From Octopus vulgaris (Eukaryota): a stretch of DNA of 64,000 bases. Below are positions 57,750 to 64,000 of the stretch, piece after piece. The notes beneath the pieces are model-generated. The model saw only the letters and a list, made by a program, of their open reading frames with translations, searched no databases and had not been told where the DNA came from. The stretch spans positions 10,354,001 to 10,418,000 of the forward strand of contig OX597828.1 of NCBI GenBank assembly GCA_951406725.2, given 5' to 3'. Both the position numbers and the translations under genes were made by a program. Within the stretch, counting starts at the first letter, position 1, and each line of letters starts with the position of its first letter.

Positions 57750-58130
57750 TCATGTTGGGGTTCTGAGTTCAAATTCTGCTGCGTTCAACTTTGCCTTTCA
57801 TCCTTTCCACGTCGAAAAAGTAAGTAGCAGTCAAATACCGGGATCGATGTAATCGATTTCCCACCCCTCCAAAAACTACTGGCTCTGTGCCAAAATTTGA
57901 AACTATTACATACCGATGTTTAAGCGTCGAACTGCCATAATCGTTAGCACAGCGGACAAAATTCTTAGCAGCATTTTCTCTATAATTACACTGTGTTCAA
58001 ATTCGACGAGATCATCTTTGCCTTGTAACCTATCGGGGTCGATAAATAAAAAACAGTCAATCACTAGGGTAGGTGTAAATGACTAGCCCCTTCTACTAAT
58101 ATTGCTGGCCTTGTACACAAATTTGAAGTC
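57750..58130 (+). mobile_element. Two tandem degenerate SINE family D copies
   Basis: ttctgagttcaaattc...actttgcctttcatcctttc...tgtgccaaaatttgaaa, then taagcgtcgaactgccataatcgttagcac...tcggggtcgataaa...ggccttgtacacaaatttgaa. Confidence 0.7.
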
Positions 58131-58900
58131 ATATATTTTATTTATTTAAAACCATTATTTAAACGTCTTCTTCATCCAACAAATTTATGTCTTATCATTT
58201 GCATATGTGGGGATGTGCATATATATCATATTAGAAAATTTCGAAATTTGAAGGGATGTCATATCTGAAATTAATAATTACAATTTAATCAAATTTGTGT
58301 CTCGTATTATATATGAAATATTGACCTAAGTAATTGTGTATAAAACTGTATATACAAAGACTCCAAGTTCGAGTAGCATCAAATCTAATTTCGAGTGGCA
58401 TCGAAATTATTATGGAGATAATAGGATTTCATATAGTTAGTTACAAGAATGAAATCTTATTCTGACATAGATGTCTAGTATAAATAAAAGCAAATAATGC
58501 ATGTTTTGATGGATTATATCTTCCGAAGAATGATGTATGTAAGAATCTGTGGAGAACCTGTAACATATCTTGCTCTATTTAGATTCATCTCTACATTTTA
58601 AGATGAAATGTCAAAGGAATAATTTACCGTTCATGCGTCTGCAGCAACGATAGGAGCTAACAGTCATGATTTAGTGTTGCATGTTTGCATGAGTATTTAG
58701 TGTGTTAAAGCTGAAACATTTAGTGTTTGCTATATCACATCGTACATATACTGCTTTAGTACAAGAGAAGATGATAAAAGGTAATATGAATACTGAGCAG
58801 GAGGTAATACTTTGTTCTATAACCCTCCAGCGTCCTTTCAATTAGAAGTCAATAGATGGGGTAGCAGTCAAACAATAGTTACTACTCATACAGATATAAC

Positions 58901-58948
<48 letters not shown>

Positions 58949-59238
58949 CAGTGCTTTCTCCAATGAACAGTCACTCATAAATTAGTGCATTAGGGGAAGA
59001 AATTGCCAGTATGTTCTAGCTTTTCCCTTAAGTTTAAGAATAACAATGTGTGACAATGTGAGTGACATGGTTGGTCATTTCCAGTTTATTCGACTAATTC
59101 CCATAGTTTCAGTCTACGCAATTTAAATCACAAGGCTTGCATCTACTTCGTACTCTGTTAAAACATGAGTGCAATATGCCTATAGTGCCATATAAACAGT
59201 GTCCTTGTGATTAGGAAGTGATCTTCTCGACTGTTATA

Positions 59239-59303
<65 letters not shown>

Positions 59304-59804
59304 GTATGTATGCATGTATGTGTGTATAAGGAAATAGAATCCTGGGTATACTGTTCGGGCACTAATTTATAATCCAGATTTTGTCGAATCACAATGAGCG
59401 GTAAGGAAGTACTAGGATTACTTTGAGGTAAGTAGTTACACTGTATTTCATCGTATGTGTAAATCCTGGATTAGCCTCGCTGTATTATAAATATTTAACG
59501 GTTGTATAGTCAAGAATAATTCAACGAAGGTGTAGATGAGCACATCTACATATTCTCCATTTCTACTGTCAATTATACATTATATTTAATATAAATGTTG
59601 TATAGACATCTTGTATTTGCATCTGCACCCAATTACTTCAACTGCGTATTTGTTTGTGCAATTTCGTACATTGTCCATCCACTAAGTCTATGTACGTGTA
59701 CCAAGCATTATATTGAGTGGGTGTTTGTTGTTTTTGAGTGCAAAGAATGTGTAATTTCTTCGTCCTATATGTATTGCATCATTTTCAAATATATAATATT
59801 ATTT

Positions 59805-60119
59805 ATTTATTTATGCGCCCTTTCCGAGCCTAGCCAGGCTCATGGGCCCGGTTTCCCGGTTTCTCTGGCGTATGTGTTCCTCCCAGCTGGACGGGACGGC
59901 AGTCCATAGCAGCGTTACTCAAGATACAGGAAGAGAGAGAGTGAGAGAAAGTTGTGGCGAAAGAGTACAACAGGGGTCGTCGCCACCCCCTACCGGAGCC
60001 TTGTGGACTCTTTAGATGGTTTCGTTCAATGAACATACACAATACCCGGTCTGGGAATCGAAACCGCGATCCTCCGACCGCGAGTCTGCTGCCGTAACCA
60101 CTGGGCCATTGCACCTCCA
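59805..60119 (-). mobile_element. SINE family C head and body with a different 3' tail
   Basis: 59935-60119 aligns with 44240-44423. 59805-59925 is unrelated to the RTE-like tail and ends in (TAAA)n. Confidence 0.85.
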
Positions 60120-61253
60120 TATAGTTTTACCCATGGAGAATACTGATTACTACTTGACACATGCAATCTAGATTTTACACTAATATTTATCATGTAAACT
60201 GAAGTACCTTCTATTTCTATGGTGCTTGCTTAATTAAATACACTTTCTGTGGAAGTATTCGAATGTACATCGGTAAAGTTGAGGACACGTAAGTTCTTGT
60301 TCTTCCTCCTATATAGCAATTAATATTTAGACGAGAAAATATGGAATATTTCAAATATCTCTACTATGGATTAATTACATCCCCACCCCGATTGCATAAG
60401 TTACTGCTACGCCTATTATCTCTAATTCTATATTAAAGTTAATGATTATCTCTTTAAGAGACCAGATAAACACACAATACAGTAAAGCTCATGCTATGCA
60501 TTTTCTCTTTATTCTTAAATGAAGCTAAATGAGTTGCCAGTCTTGCCTTGAAATTTGTCGAGATGCTACAATATGAAAGTGCGAAATTCCTCCTGTACTC
60601 TATATTTTCCCCACAGACATTGAATGTTTAGTGGCAAATTTTATTGCTTCTACAACTACAAAGATTTTTATCCATACTAACCCTGTTTCTCTAATTACAG
60701 ATCTATATGAGTTTACATTTCGGCAGTAGTTTCGAGTTTTGGTGTTATTTTGTCAAGCGTTTACTGTTTCAGGTCGAGTTGCCTTAGGAATTCTAACGGT
60801 TGTCTAACGGAATTCTAACTGCCTGCCTCTATTTTTGTGTGCATTTCTCTGTCGTTGTCTGTAAGTGCTGTATTCAAAATCTCCTCACCGTGACTAGCTA
60901 TTACTTCTCCCATCGGTTAGTGATGAATGCATTGGTTCCTTTCACACAAGGAAAAAAACTTATGATCATAAATACATTCTCTGTGCTCATACGCTTGTAC
61001 CTAATGACAATAGTACTTCTTCTTTACAAAATACTACATTATTGTATTCCTGCTTCCTATACTCATTGTTAAATTGGATATTATACACTAGTAACCGGAT
61101 TATTTTCCCACATATACTTTCTTCCCTATCTTGTAAACGGTCCGAGGCACAGATCACAGATACGTTTCTTTTTTCCCCTCAAATGCATTTCTTTCACATC
61201 TATTACGACTTTTATTTATTTATTTATCTACTATATTTTACTCTCTTTTACCA

Positions 61254-61676
61254 TTTTACTTGTTTCAGTCATTTGACTGTGGCCATGCTGGATCACCGCC
61301 TTTAGTCGAGCAAATCGACCCCAGGACTTATTCTTTGTAAGCGTAGTACTTATTCTATCGGATTATTTTGCCGAACCGCTAAGTTACGGAGATGTAAACA
61401 CACCACCATTGGTTGTCAAGCGATGTTGGGGGACAAACAGAGACACACATGCACACAAACACACAAACACACACACATTCACACACACACACTTATTTAT
61501 ATATACATATATACGACGAACTTATTTCAGTTTCTGTCTACCAAATCAACTCACAAGGCTTTGGTCAGCCCGAGGCTATAGGAGAAGACACTTGCCCAAG
61601 ATGCCACGCAGTGGGACTGAACCCAGAACCATGTGGTTGGTGAGCAAGCTACTTACTACACAGCCACTCCTACGCC
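61254..61676 (-). mobile_element. SINE family A, full length
   Basis: Reverse complement is colinear with 16799-17200. Confidence 0.9.
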
Positions 61677-63535
61677 TATTTATGTATTTTGGTTCTTCAG
61701 ATCTGGTGTAAATATTTATATTAGAATCGGTTAGTGGTTATGAAATACAGTATGCCGGGTGCGCAAGCGATAGAAAATTATTTGTTTCGTATCCCATCAA
61801 TAAAATCGTATTCTGTTTAGGTATCAAAATAATTCCCGAATTGCTGAGTCTCTTTAGTTGTAAATACATACAATATAGTGTAGATACAGTTCTCTCCATG
61901 CTACAACTATGGTAAACATTGAATGACTAAAGTATATGTTTTCGATGCAGATTTTCGTTGTCAACATTGAATAACAAAACTGTTTTCTTTGTTTATTCAC
62001 TACAGAGTTCCAAGTAGTTAGTTCGTCTGAAATCCTTTGATTCGTTGCAAGCCAAGATTACCGAGTAGTCTGGATATATTAAATTCTTCTACATGAAAAA
62101 ATAAAATACTAAAATGGTGATATTTGGTCATAGTACAATATATTATAGTACTACCTCTGAAAATTGTCCAGGATTCAACTAAACTCTTCTCTATCAAGCT
62201 CATAATGGAAATGTGCAGCAGAAGCGATATGTTACATGATTAATGCTAATGTATAATGATATTGAGTGAATGATATATTTTTGGTGGCTGAAAGTGAACA
62301 GCGTAAAAAAACACATGTAAGCAATGGAATCCTCATACCAATTGATATATTACAAAGCTAAAGTGTTTAAATTTGTGAGAGTTTCCTTGAAGGAAAAAAA
62401 GACTGAGAAGTGGATGTGGATATAAAAAGTCATATAGGGAAAGTAGAAAGTAGCACAATATCGAATAATGAATTTAGTATTATGGATATCAATGTATCTG
62501 GAGAAATATACGTGAAGTGACTTAAAATAAGGAAGGTAAATTTTAAAATGTAAATCATGTATTTTGGGAAATAAACCCGCCTACAAAAGGAAAGTGATAA
62601 TTAAAAGAAGGGACACACAATACAATACATATATTATCAGAAAAAGAAAAACATAATGGAAAGGAATGAAAATGTTGTAAAGCTGTAGTTAAGAATGAAA
62701 TTATCAATCGTGCTTTGATTGTGGCATTCCAAATGAAATATACATATAGCCAGCAAAAAAGCCATTCAAAAGAATAGCAATAACAATACAAGCAAGGAAA
62801 AAGACCCCCACCTCACTTGAAAACAAAGCAGTAGGATTAAAAACAAGGAATGGCATGTGTCGATGCAAATAGAGATATATTAGTTGCTTAAAAGAAAATA
62901 AAAAAATATGGTTTCTTTGCAGAGGAAATACATGTTGTGTATAGCTAAAGAATATTCAGTGAAGAGAATGAGGTAAGTGAAAACTAGCAGCGAAAGAATG
63001 CAGACGATAAAAGAATGACACATAACAAAGAAAATTAACCAATCCAAATGATAGAGAATAAATCACAGAATATTGAAAAAAAAAAAGAAAAAGAAACTCG
63101 TTTACAAACTGGCTAACGTGTAAGAAGTGATCATCTCTCGGTGTACGTTCATATGTGCCTGAAACACCTCAAAGGTGTATATGAGTATATACATATATTA
63201 TATACTAATCTTATTTTATATATCTTTTATATACATACCAATGTATATGTGTGTGTGATAGGGAGAGAATTATCACAAGCCTGTACGTGTATTAAACAAT
63301 TAAACGTATACATATGTATTTCTATTATATGTGCGTTATTGTTACTCCAATATATGAATTATGCATTAACTCATAGATAGATATACATTCTTAGCTGCAT
63401 GTATGTCACATACAGAAACGTTTGTGTTACAAATTTGCAGTACCGATGGAATATGTTTTGCTTCCAAAAATGTTGAAATTAATTGTGCAAGAATTTAGCA
63501 ATATTTCTTCCCCGCCTTTGACGCACTCTCTCGTT

Positions 63536-63578
<43 letters not shown>

Positions 63579-63579
63579 A

Positions 63580-63637
<58 letters not shown>

Positions 63638-63639
63638 TT

Positions 63640-63860
63640 CTTTTATTCTTTCATTCTTTTATTTGTTTCAGTTCTTTGACTGTGGTCATGCTGGAGCCCC
63701 ACCTTACGTCGTCGAACAAATCGCCCCCAGGACATATTCTTTGTAAGCTTAGTACTTACTCTATCGGTCTGTTTTGCCGAACCGCTACGCACCAACATCG
63801 GTTGTGAAGCGATGGGGTAGGGACAAACACACACAAGCAAACATATATATATACATACAC
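63640..63860 (-). mobile_element. SINE family A, 3' half
   Basis: tttgactgtggtcatgctggagc...tagtacttactctatcggtct.ttttgccgaaccgcta. Confidence 0.8.
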
Positions 63861-64000
63861 ATACATGCATACATACATACAGTGAGAGAGACAAGCAGAC
63901 AGAATTGTAGTGGAGATGCATAGTTTCATAGAATCACGTGACAATCACGGAAAACTCCCCAAGTGAACACGGCTTGCAGACCATATAGTAATGGAGTACA

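Overview
AT-rich, microsatellite-saturated animal genomic DNA. The repeat families resemble those I recall from Octopus/coleoid cephalopods; this is inference, not verified. No intact protein-coding gene, rRNA, true tRNA or CRISPR array is visible, and nearly all listed ORFs are translations of (TA)n, (CA)n, (ATT)n or (GATA)n tracts. The window holds four tRNA-headed SINE families, Tc1/mariner relics, CR1, RTE and Tx1 LINE fragments, and a few weak minus-strand exon candidates (about 31.4, 39.6-40.5 and 55.6 kb). The main signal is at least seven sequence-unrelated short non-coding elements inside or next to (TA)n tracts. Each carries a type-I hammerhead ribozyme motif (stem I-CUGANGA-stem II-GAAA-short stem III-UH-stem I), intact or variant, and most are arranged as partial tandems and/or long fold-back inverted repeats. 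That architecture matches Penelope-like element (PLE) pseudo-LTRs or retrozyme-like non-autonomous elements, and a degenerate PLE reverse-transcriptase fragment lies beside one of them.
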